Source: Sphagnum compactum
Lineage: Eukaryota
Length of the DNA stretch: 64,000 nt
Reading direction: 5' to 3'
Assembly (NCBI GenBank): GCA_965153455.1
Contig: OZ234493.1
Location: 18,280,213 to 18,344,212 of the forward strand
Part shown: positions 38,954 through 51,100 of the stretch, one piece after another
Numbering within the stretch: position 1 is the stretch's first letter
Layout: each line of letters starts with the position of its first letter
The notes under the pieces: generated by a model
Database searches by the model: none
What the model was told of the DNA's origin: nothing
Seen by the model: only the letters and a program-made list of their open reading frames with translations
Position numbers and translations under genes: made by a program

Positions 38954-41900
38954 TGGATATGAAAAACAATTTCACATGTGCCTTTTCATGTCCATGTTTA
39001 TACATTAAAAGCATTTAATAACCTTTCTCTTTCAAGCCTATCTACTTAACCCATTTCCCCTACACATTTACATGGACATAAAAAATCTCACATAAATAAT
39101 GATGAACTATTGGAAACCATATGGCAACATACAATGGACAAAAAAAAGGGGGATTTTGTTATTCATGTATGCCAATAATTCTCATCTTTGACCATTGTAT
39201 AAGGCTTTCAAACAAGACCTTGTAACTAATGTTTATTAGTTGGGATTTGGATTGAAAGACAAATCACCTCATTTTGAGCTCATTTAAGGAACTAATACCA
39301 CTGGAAATAAGGTAAGTACTTAGTGTAGAAATATGGATTCCATTGCTTTACTTGAAAAGCTCATCATGACCAAAGGCATCTAGGTTCATCGATTATTCTC
39401 GTCCACATTGGGGGTTAGACTGCATATGTAGGAGTAACTATTAACAAAGATAACTCCTAAGCTAGACCATCCTAGATTGCAAAGAATTTCCAACTGCGAT
39501 TTTTTCTCCAAAGTTCTTTATGTTCAAATACAATGGTGTCAACACTCAATAATGCTAAAATTTAATTTTTGGGTGTTACAAAACAATTTCATAAGAGGTT
39601 TGGAACCTTGCCCTTTGGAAAAGGCCACATTTGTTGGATTCAAATTCAATTGAAAATAAATGAGATGAAACTTGATGTAGAAGGTATTGAAAATCTACTT
39701 GTGATTATGGTGTTGAAAAAAAAGAAAAAATTAAAAAAGACATAAATTCACAAGATATATTTTCATTCTTTTTTACTTGGGAATTGACTAAATTGATTTT
39801 ATTTTGGAACTATCTTTCAAAAGAATGACTTATGAAGCTTAAAGTTATTCTACCTAAACCAACGCCAATGAATCATTGTCATTGAAATTTTCACCAATGG
39901 ATAGTGTGTTAGAAATTTTTTTTAAACATTAAAAAACATGTTCATGTAAAGGTTTAAATGCCATGCCTAGGTTGGATGTAATGTTTCAAACAATCTTCAA
40001 CCTTTCCTATGCAATACATGGATTATTAATGTCATAGTAGGGTAGGTGACCATGATCACACGCCATTAAAATAACACCCAAAACTACATAAACTTTTTAG
40101 ACAAAAGTATGTGGCTAAGGTTATAGATGTAAGTCTCTAGATTTATTGTTTTATTTATTTAATAACCAAACATGTGCCTTTTGGTGACATCCTTTAGATT
40201 ATAAACATTCTTTGGATTGTAAGTGTTAGGATTGTCCACCAACACCAACTTACTTAATTTTTCCTTCACCTCCTTTGACATCACTTTCACATTGTTATGG
40301 ATCTCATGATGCACTCCCACATAGATGTCCCTTGCTATTGTATATACCACACAAATTGTCGCTTGTTGAAGTCATCTCCTTTGTCTATATAGGCATAGAC
40401 TAGGATAATGTATTCATGTTTCAAATATTGAACAAATTGGTGTCCTCTTTGGAATGTGCACAAATATGTTCGTTCATATGGATGGTCAATTGTTGTGCAA
40501 AACAAAGTAGTCCTATAAATTACTTTCTTGGTTCAAAAAATATGCACTTCTTGAAAATAACTTCCCTCCCAACTTAGACATGCATTCTCATAACTCCAAT
40601 GATGTTGAATATGTTTTGCCACAAAGGCAAAAATTATAACAATGCATTCTCCTTCTTTCCTAATGTTAGCCTCAATCCACGAATCAATTCTTTAGTCACA
40701 AATCTTAGCTCCTTGTCATAATAGCTAATAAATTTTGTGGACGGTTCACTCTACAATATCACATTCAAGTTTTTTTTAGCAACATAAGAAAACCATTATT
40801 AAATTACATGAATATGTGTCTAATTATTTTTAAACTAATTTTATGTCTAGCAAACCAAGTTCCCATAAATACATAGGTTGTCATTTAGAATTTGTGAATT
40901 TATAGTTTGATTAATAGTTATATCAAAATTTGTAGTTTATACTTTTAATTGTACAACCAATGGATTGACAAAATTGCACATGTTCACATTTTTTTTAATG
41001 TGGACATGTTTCAACTACCTAGTTATTGTATATATTTATAGTTCATTGGTTTAGGTTTTAATTATCATTTTGCTTGAAAGCTAAATATGTAATGATAGAG
41101 ACCATACCTTCCACCAATTCCACCTTTTATATGTTTTATATATTCATTATTAATATTACATGAATGGTAGGGCCATCACATATAACACATCTTGTTAGTT
41201 TACAATGTCAATGGGCCTTACTACCCTTATTTCAAATAAGCATATGATTTGACCAACACATTATGCAACTTAAATGTTAGGTAAAATCCAACTTTTTTTT
41301 ATTAATAAATTTGAGAAATTAAAATGGAAAATTTGAAAATGAAATTATTTTTGAAAGTTTCAACTACCAAGAATGAAAGAAAAAGGAAAAGTTGTCAAAT
41401 TTTTATATTTAATTTTAATAAATAACTAAAAAAAAGATAATTAAAGGTTTGTTCTTCATATGTGGTTTATATCAATGTCGGGTGGTTATTTGAATTTGGA
41501 TCAAACCCCCTTTGGTTCTTTGACCAATTACATATGTGTATAATTATTAATGTCAATTAATGAAAAATTGTCAAGTACTAGTCATAAATCCCGTAATTGA
41601 TATACTCATTCCATCTTTTGATTAATTGAAATGAAAATTTTCATATTCAAGCCCACTTCACTCTAACACCCACAAATGGCCAAAGTTCTTTGATTGAAAC
41701 TTAATATATTAAGATTTTGAGGAATGTTGGTTTTTTCAATAGGGTTTTGAGGTTTTGCAAGTCTTTTGAAATTTTGACACAACATAAAAAACGAGAATGT
41801 AGTCAATAGGCACATTATCATTTTATTATTGTTTTAACTTGAATGTGACCTTGGAACTCATATTGTCATGAGGTAGGAATCTATTCCATGCCTCCACTTC

Positions 41901-42509
41901 CCCTTGAATGTTTGATATTCAAGTATGGCAATTGTATCAAAGTTTGATGTAAACAAAAATGAAAGTTTTTAGCAAACAAAGTTGTGTTGTTTCTATTGCG
42001 TCTTTTGTTATATCTTTCTTCATATCATTGATTTCAAAGTACATTATATGCAACTATGACATGTTTTCTTTTTGTTTACTTGTTGTTGACACTTTGCTTT
42101 CATTGTTGTTGGTCTCAGATTTGGCTAATTGTAAGCTAGAATCTCACCTTGTTGCTTTCCAACTACATGAGTTTTATTTGCTCTCTTGTTTTTCCTTTTC
42201 TCACCTTGTTGTTGATGTGGGTTGTTGCCATTCGTGCGTAATTTTTTCACCTTCATGAATAATGGCTCTTAAGCACAATTCTTAGACTTATTTCACAATT
42301 TTGATTCTTGGTTACTCTTATGGAGTCTTTAGTTCTAGATGTTGGTGTTAGTATGCACCTTGAACTCAATGTTGATGACTTGCGTGTTGTTATTGGGGGC
42401 TTGGCAAGATATGGTAATAACAATAGCATTGTGAACATTGGTGTGTAACAAGAACACCTTTTTATATTAGTGGTCAAAAACTTATTGTGCAAGAGGTGTT
42501 ATTGGAAAA

Positions 42510-42725
42510 TTTGAAGAATTAACAAGGAAAGGCTTGGGAGCCTCCCCACAAGAATTTGGTAATGTGGGTCTTCTTCAAAGTGAACAATAACCAACATGTT
42601 GATTTGAATAACAATAAAATCATGTGATGCACAATTTGCCTTTGCCATAGTGAAACGGTTGCCCATGAAATTTTGTTGTTTATGACAAGGCTAATTGAAT
42701 AATAGCCATGAAAAAACATGTGGAA
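42510..42725 (+). mobile_element. Possible degenerate BED zinc-finger fragment of a hAT-like transposase
   Basis: AWEPPHKNLVMWVFFKVN..IM*CTIC...MKKHVE has the WxxF..CxxC..H spacing of BED fingers; heavily decayed. Confidence 0.35.
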
Positions 42726-43519
42726 TAATTAATTGTTCCTTTTTCATTTAAAAGGTATTTAGTAGAGAATTATTCTTTTATACTAAAATGGTGTTTAGAA
42801 ATTGAATTCAAGCTAACAAAAGAGTTCAACGTTAAGTTTGAATATGAAGTTGAAAAGGAAGAATCTTGAATCTTTTTGATGTTCCTAACTCCACCAAAGT
42901 GGGCAAGATCTTGCAGGTATCTAAATTTTCAATATGGATTAAGGCTTAAAACATTTGTAGTTTGTAATCCTTTTGTACATTTGAAGCAATATGAAACCTA
43001 ATCTTTTTTTGGGTTTTGCACATGAGTTGAAGGATTTGTACATTTGGAATTTGTACTTTAAACAATGTGAGTTGTTCTTGGTGAAGCCATTGAAAGACAA
43101 TTCATTACATAGAAGCTTTGGTGTGTAGTGGAAAAAGGTTCACTTTGAAGAGGTTTTGATGTGAAATGTAAATTACAAATAACTAGCCAACTATGATTTT
43201 TAATAATTGGAAATTTGTAGTCATGTTAGGTTCTTTGCCTAAGAATCACATAATCTAATTGTCAGGTTTCTCTCAAATAATTGACATAAAGAATTGCCAT
43301 TTAAATTTACCAAATCCTCTTACTTGGATGGTTCTTAGAATTTTCAAAAAATGAAAGAACTAGACTAGGTTGAGAAATTGAGAAAGTCAAATACTCATAA
43401 TTGACAGATCTTTGAAAATTCAAAAATTGCCCCATATTCTAATTTATAGCCAACTTTGATTAAAACTTCTAAGGGATGATCGTTCAAAATTTTAAAAACT
43501 CAAGACTAAAAAGATTAGG

Positions 43520-43725
43520 GATATTGGGGCGCATTCTTGGTATTCTTGGAAAGCTCTTGATGAGGAGGATTTTATGGATGTGGTTTCGTAACTTTTAGAC
43601 CTAAGGTGTGGGAGCTATTGAATTTTGAGTAATCTTTGTCATTAAAAATTCAATAAAAATCCAACAAAATCAAAACTAAAATTAATTAGAGTTCACACTT
43701 CAGCTAATGGCACAGGTCACACTAG
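43520..43725 (+). mobile_element. 3' fragment of the Helitron-like family
   Basis: TTCTTGGAAAGCTCTTGATGAGGAGGATTT... ending GCTAATGGCACAGGTCACACTAG|T, similar to 38390-38953. Confidence 0.5.
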
Positions 43726-44587
43726 TAAGAGCTTAATTGAAAGAGACCCTAAGTGGCCTGTCAAGAAACATTGATAGATCCTACCTCTGAAAGGGAGCGA
43801 TACCTATGGAATGGGGCAGAGGCTCTTAATTGAGCCAGCTCCAATAAGCTTGAAAGGGCATCACTGGCCATTTCTGCTGATTTACCGGAGGATGGCAGAA
43901 TCAGCACAGGAGGGCAGAATCATCTTTGCCTGCCAATTCTACGGTTCCCCCTCTACTCCCTTGAAACTCCCATCAGGTTTGATTTGTCCCTCTGCGGTAG
44001 GGAATGGGCAGGGCCTGGCAGAATTCACACCCGACCCAAGGCCCACCCAGAATCTGGCTTGCCTCGGGTCCTGCCCATTCTATAAGGTTCTTTGGTTTCA
44101 TTGACACATACATGATCATCCTTTGCTTGAGCACCAGCACTTGGTCCCCAGCCTTGAGCAGTCCCACAAATTGGTTGATGCAGGATGATTGCAAAGGCCA
44201 TTTTAGTCTTTTCTTGTGGTTGTTTCAACTGCTGTTGCATATATGATTTCTATCTGAGTTCTGAGTTTGTCACTCTTTATTGCATGCTGTAGAGCTTGGA
44301 ATTCTGTCATCCAAATCCAACAACTGAAAGAATGTCATTGCTAAAACTCTACCAGCTAGTTCCATATTCAAAATATGATGAGTATATGTGGTGTGATTTC
44401 ATTCATTCTGACAGCTTCTTCTTGACAAAATTGCAAGCAAAGTCAACACAAGGCCAACAATGAGTAAGAGCAATGCCAAGTAGGAATAGAAATCACCACA
44501 TACTTCTTAACTCTTGTGTGCCTCCTGGCACAATGCAAACCTATGAACTCTAGAATTTGAGGAATTTGTCACTGTTTTTCTGGCAGG

Positions 44588-46020
44588 TGTATAAAGACAT
44601 ATGGATGTGCATGCTTGTCATGGGCAATGGAAACAAGGTGCGTGCAGGAGAAAGGTTGTCAATTACCTGACCTCATCACTTTCAACACCATTGTAAATGT
44701 GAGAACAATGACAGAGATGCAAGAAGGTATAGCAACACCTCTCGTGCAGGAGATTCAGAGTGTTGGGTTGCAGCCTGATGCTGTAACCTACAACGCTTTG
44801 ATCAGTGCATGCAGTGCAATTCAAAGGAAGCTAGAACACTATTTCCAGAAATGAAGCAGCAAGGTTGAAACTCAAGACCCGGACATCTGGTTTTCAGTCT
44901 AAGGGCTCAGGCATAGACAACATGTCACTTGAGATGTTTTCCATGACTTGAAGACAAAAGGCTTCATGCCAGATGCCATCATAGACAACTCAATCTTGTT
45001 TGCAAATGCAAATGACAAAAGGGTGGAAAGAAGTTTATGAAGAGATGCAGCAGATGAAGGTGGAAAGATGTTGAGTGGATCATGTAAAATATCATGATCC
45101 ATGTGTATGGCAAAGTTGGGCTTCACGAGAGAGCAGTTTCTTTGTTGACTGGAAAAGGCAAAGGATGTGTGCCTGGTGCAGTAATGTACAAAGCAGGGCG
45201 AACTCCTACTGAAAATGCTGGGATGTTCTTAGTGGAGTATCTGTGTACAGCTGAGCTCAGACCGATGAGCTGCCAGATGCATTTCATCAATTGGGGGAGC
45301 TAGGGCTTCATCCAAACAGAAATAGTACATCATCATGATCCATTACTTGATGAAAAAAGATGACATAACAGAGGTGAAATGGGTGTACAGCCCAAGCCAT
45401 ATGCTTGCTGGCTTTATCCCCAGATGAACATTTAAGAGAATTTTTTCTGGCTGTTTTGCCAAAGCTGGCTATGTCCAAGATCAAACATGAAGAATGCAGG
45501 CTTTGAGCCTCATGCATTTATGTAGAATGCCATGATTAGCCTTTACAGCCAATTGGGATCTTCTGAAAGGAATCACACATTTCAGAGGCATGTATGTGGT
45601 TGGTTGTACTCCTGATACTGCAACCTACAACACGTCGATCAGTCTGTACAAGAAGAATCTCATGACTCAAGAAGCATCAGCACTTCTCCAAAAAATGCAC
45701 GATACTGGTTGCATACCAGATGCAGTCTCTTCTGGTTCCTAGATTTGGGCTATGGGTGCTCACATATGTGGGAGGCTGCAGTGGCAATTTTCTTGTTGGA
45801 TATGGAAAAAGCATGATGCAACACAATGATCAATGTCCACCAACAGGCTGGCAAACATAAGCAAGCAGAAATTTGTATCCCAGGTGAGATCTGCTGGTTT
45901 TGAGCCATCCCCAGCCACCCCACACATGCTGGTGGACTCTTTTGGAAATGGAGGCGAGCCAGAACAGCTGAGACAATGTTTGAGAGATTGAGAGATTCTA
46001 ATAGTTATCCCAACATCTTG
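44588..46020 (+). pseudogene. P-class pentatricopeptide repeat (PPR) gene relic
   Basis: Repeated PPR motifs: PDLITFNTIVN, GLQPDAVTYNALISAC, MIHVYGKVGLHERA and GCTPDTATYNTSISLYKK..EASALLQKMHDTGCIPDAV, with many frameshifts and stops. Confidence 0.8.
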
Positions 46021-46029
46021 CACTTCACA

Positions 46030-48129
46030 TCATGGAGAAAATTGATATAAGTGATTTTGGATGTGAAGGATTGGTTGGAAAGCCTTCAAGCAAAAGCTTG
46101 CTGGTTTCCAGATAATCATTGGGAGTAGAAAGTCTCTCAATATCTGTGACAAAAAGAAAAAGTTAAAACTTTGCTCGAGGATCGATTTTTGTGTGGAAAT
46201 GCCAGACATATGGCAATCATGCAGGCAATTAAGGAGATGCAACCAGGTGGCAAATCCGTTGGAAGAGTGAGACATGTGGTTAGACAATCAATAGTACGAG
46301 ATGACAAATATGCGAACGGTGTTTTATTCCATCATGAACTTTGAAGCATGGAGATTTTTTGTATTAAAGTCTTCTTCTGAGACATGGTGCTGAACTGCAG
46401 CTTGTTCATGGAGAAAATTGATGTGATTTTGAATTGCACAGAGGGTTGGTTGGAAAACCTTGAATGCTTGCTTGTTTCCAGATGATCATCTGGAGTAGAA
46501 AATTTTTCAACATCTGTGGCAAAAAGGAAAAATATGCTGAAGGGTTTTTGTTTGGAAATGGCAGAAATATGTGGCAGTGACAAAGTAATTTTAAGAAGGT
46601 GCAATCAGGTGGCAAATCTGCTGGAAGAGTGACCTATCCAATAAGTGATTTTGACTCTATTCTTATGTCTGTTTGGACGTGCAAGATCTCCTCATGTCAC
46701 AAAACCCCAAGTACCAATCTTATTAGACAGAAGGAGATCATATTCTGCAGTCATCAGGCACTATGCTCTTGATGGTTTTAGCACCACCACACAATGCAAC
46801 CTTACCCTGAGAATGAAGCTCAGTGATTGCAGTGAAGTGGTGGATGACCTGGGGTGGAGATTAAAGCTCTGTTCTGCAGCCTTGTGCCAAAAACAGACAA
46901 TTTGGTGCCAGACTAATTACCAGCAGCCGAGTACTTATTTCCTTGGGATCTGCTATGGCCTATGCATCTTTTAGCTTGCAAATGGATGGAAGGGTGATTG
47001 TAAGTAACGGAGTGAGAGTGATGTTGAATGCTGAAAATGTCAGAACCATTAATGGCACAAGTTGCTCAATGCAGTTTCTTTGCAGTCCACCCTATATTGG
47101 AGCTTTGAATTCCAGTTGCCAAATTGAGGTTGCCTCTAAGGTAGTGCATTTGACAGTTTATGTTTAATGACCCTTTCTCATGGCAGATGTGCAGAATTAG
47201 AACAATATATTGTTGGGCACAGGAGAACAAACAGTAGGATATGACATTGCAAAGAAGATATCCAGATGGGTGTCTGGCTCATCAACAAGGGTGATGCCTA
47301 TATGGTGAACATGGTGTACAAGTGCAGACATAGTGGACTACAACCTCTCCATCATCTTCCAGTCCTAGAGTTGTGGCACAAATTACCTCTGTATCCAGTT
47401 TCACATCATTTAAGCAAAAAAGTTAGAAAGAAACCAAAATTTCAATTTCTTTTGTCTTCATTTTACTTTAGTGGAAGTTTGGGCATCATAAGCTGTGTGC
47501 CTTCATATTTTCCTTTGAGAGCTTTGTTACCAAGTTTTGGTCAAAAGGCCTACAAGCTCAAAACCAAAATTCATCCACTGATTAGGGTGGAATAGCTGAT
47601 GCAGGTTTACAACCTGTAGTTCCTGAGCCTCATAATTCTTGTCCATTGAGGTTTCAATTAAACAGTGATGGTGTCAGAGTTGATGAATCAATTGATGCGC
47701 TTACTACAATGTTGCAAGAGGTTTGAGGTATTTTTCTTCGAGGAATTTCATACAGATTATGTAAATTAATATCAGTGTAAATAGCTCAACAGAACTGTGC
47801 ACAACCCCTTTCAATGCTGAATACTTGGTGCTAGGAACACCTCTGGGGTTGTGATCTTCAGTTTGTCATCTGTGGTTGAGGGAACATTAAGGGGAGTTGC
47901 TTGCAATGGTCTTTCTAGTGACATGCAATGTGTTCATTTTAACTGCAAGTAGTCAATCTAACTTGGAGCATGTAGCCAAGGTGTGTGAAATCAACCCAGA
48001 TGAGTTTGCAGAGATTGATTACTTTGCAATTTATATTTCTTGGGTGAGCCTATCTTCAAGAGCAACTTCCAAATTGGGAAGCTCACCTCTAACAAGTATG
48101 ATGGAACAAATTGAGAAGCCCTTCCCAGT
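46030..48129 (+). pseudogene. Partial intron-containing paralogue of the patatin gene (intron 4 to exon 7), exon 5 tandemly duplicated
   Basis: Nucleotide similarity by eye to 33770-35330 including introns. Exon-5 copies lie at ~46206-46288 and ~46565-46640, an exon-6 relic at ~47196-47398 and an exon-7 relic at ~47950-48128. The sequence continues at 53987-54026 after the MULE insertion. Confidence 0.85.
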
Positions 48130-51100
48130 GGTTGGAGTGAACCAGCAGCCACCAGTGCACCAGTTCAGGATGAGGCTGTTTTGGGGATGAACCAAAAAAC
48201 ACATCCTCTTCCCCTGCCCAGGGATTTTTCGACCCCCTTCTTTGCCCCAAAATTTTCCCCTCCTACCTACCTCCCCCCAATGACCTCCCTCACCTCATTT
48301 CCCGTTCACTCCATCTCCAAAGCTCGGGAGAGCTCCCAAGCTTGAGTAGCACAGAACAGGAGACATGAAACATAGGGCTTGAGGAAGGTGGAGAGCTCAA
48401 CATTGAAGGAAAGTGGAGAGGAGAATGCAAGAGGAGTGCTTCATCCCAAATGTAGAAGCAGGAGAAGAAAGGTAAGCTCCCTCCCTTTGCATTTTTTTTT
48501 TTTCTCTATGCTTTTGTTTTTCTGTATTTTTTTTCTTTTCTTTTGCTTGAGAAGAAGAAGACGCCATCCACTTCTTCTTTTGTTTTTTTGTTTATGTTTG
48601 AAATGAAAAAGGTATTGACACAAGTGTGATGTTGCCTTTTTCTTTTCTTTTGTTTTTTTGTTGCAAACAAGGCAACGACAACAAGCCTAATTTTCCTTCT
48701 TTCTGCTTGAAATGAAAGAGATGATGGCGGCAAGCTTGTTGCCATTGAATTTTTTTTTCTTCTCTTGTTGTTATTGTGAATAAAGTAACAACAACAAGCT
48801 TGCTATCGTCGCCCATTTTTTTTTCTTTTTGCTTGAAGTGAAAATGGGTGACAGCAACAAGCTTGTTGCCATCACCTTTTCTTTTGTTGGTGTTGCTACA
48901 AAGAAGGTGATAGCAATTGTCGTCGCCTTTTTCGAGTGTTTTGTTGCAAAGAAGGTAATGGCTTACTAAACCCTAAACCCTTCTTTCTTTTTTTTTTCTT
49001 TTTTTTTGGTCTTTTTATTGTGAAGAATTGTTAATTGTTCTTTAGAATTGATAATTAACAATGATCTGGTGGTTTTTTTAAATGTTTAAGGTTATAATGG
49101 CTAAAGGAAGGAGACTAAAGAAAGTTGGTGGTGATTTGGAAGCTCAAAAGTAAAATTTTATTTCATTAGAACCGACAATTGGGGACAAAATGTTACTCCA
49201 TCAAAACCAAGAGTTGATGAATCAAGCAATCCATGTGGCTTAGACTTGGCAATGGTGGTTGTTTGCAATTCAAATGATGAGATCCCTTCCAATACAGATC
49301 GGGAATTTTGATTGAAAAGTGGTGGATTAATTTGTATTAGAATCTACATACATTGATCAAATGTAGAAAAAAAATTGTACAAAAAGATTTAAATTTAATT
49401 ATACCTGCACCTTCTATCATTTCATGGACGGTGTGGGATTTGTTTTTCAAAATTTTTTTATTACAATACTTGAAAAAGGTTAAAGTTTGTAATAATTGCA
49501 TTTGATTATGTTTTTTTTTTTTGCAATATTTACATTCTGTTGTGTGATTTTTTTATGTCTAAAGTTTTAAAGTTAAGGTTTTTTAATTACAAAGTAAGGA
49601 CTTATTTATTTTTATATTTTTTGGTTTAGGTCTAGAGTTTGAAAATGACTAGGCCTTTCAACCATTGGCACCCCCTTGTCCATTTAATATAGCTCGGAAG
49701 GATAAAGAATGGATGAAGGTTGGGTCGAAATGGAAATGTAAAGTTAGCACTTGCATTGTTGCATATTTTGTCAAATGGTTGTTGAGTAAGCATTTGGAGG
49801 TGCATGGCTTAGTGGTAAAAAGGCCAAACCTGGGAAGCCTTCAATTTTTGAAAGAGGTCCTTGACATCAAGACCATGCTAAAATGAACATTCGCCCATCT
49901 TGGGAAATGCCATGGCCATGTAAGAGCAAAATGATCAAAAGGTTGTTAATTGCATTTGTGCCAAAGCCTAATGTGAGTGGGATAAAATGGTAATTGTTGT
50001 AGAATAATGTCCACCATTACCAAAACCAACTTTGGTCAAATTAACTTCAAAACAAATGTTGTAAGTGTTGGGTCTTAATGCTTAGGGCATGGGAAGCGTG
50101 CCTTGAAATGCAACATCACTAATGGAGAAGGACGAAAATTTACAAAAGATGACTCAATCCATCCGTTAAACATATGCATGATGATTGAAAATGGCATGGG
50201 ATGTCAAAAATTGGGATCAAGAGTCCACTAAAGCAAGTCGAACCCAAAAGTTGACAATTGTATTGAATTTCCATGAATCTAAAATGATTCATGGAAAATA
50301 TAAAAAAATAATAATCAATATTTGTTGTTTTTTTATAATTTTGTTTTATCCAAGGTGTGTTAAGGTTTAATTTGGTGGTTTTTGGGTGTTTATAGGGTTT
50401 AGGGCAAAATAAAGGAGGAGTTTGTTACAAATGCAATTCATGTTGAAATGTAGTGCCAACATTTTAACATTCCTTGTCATGTAGTAAGGGCTACAAATGC
50501 GACAACTGCTTACGAAGTTAAACACGACATATCACACGACAATGATATGGTTTTAGGTTTGCATTTTATATAGTTAGTCAATTCATTTTTTGGACTACCC
50601 ACTTTTTGAACTTTGGTCCTTTGATATATTATAGAGAACCTTTTTTTTCCATTGGGTTTTTTAGCATTTTTGATTCACCCATTTTTTTACATCTTTTATC
50701 AATATAATATTTTCTTCTAGTCACACTTCTTTGATGGTATATGGTTAATCATATATGTTTTTTTTTTTATCATCTTCTTAGTGCTTTAGATGTAATAATC
50801 AAATTTAAATAGTCCCATATGCACATTTTATAATTAATTTGTGTGAGGTTTACAAATATCAAAATGGACATAGTGCAATACCTACGTTTAGTGTATTATG
50901 ATTCACATCACTTAAAGATTTTTAAAACAGTACCCACATTCTAATTAGTTTATTGGCATTGTCATGAAACCAAACATGCAATACCTACATCCTTTTTATT
51001 CTAACTCCCATAACGCCATTTCAAATATGCAATACTTGCATATAGGTCTCATAAATAGTTGTTGGTTTTTTACATCTATTGCAATATTCGCATATAGGTC

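Noticed and set aside
39200-40760. Fragmentary minus-strand ORFs, probably a decayed TE
   Set aside because: No family motif I can name.
48967-48981. Telomere-like TAAACCCTAAACCCT
   Set aside because: Only two units; scattered telo-box-like heptamers are common in this window.
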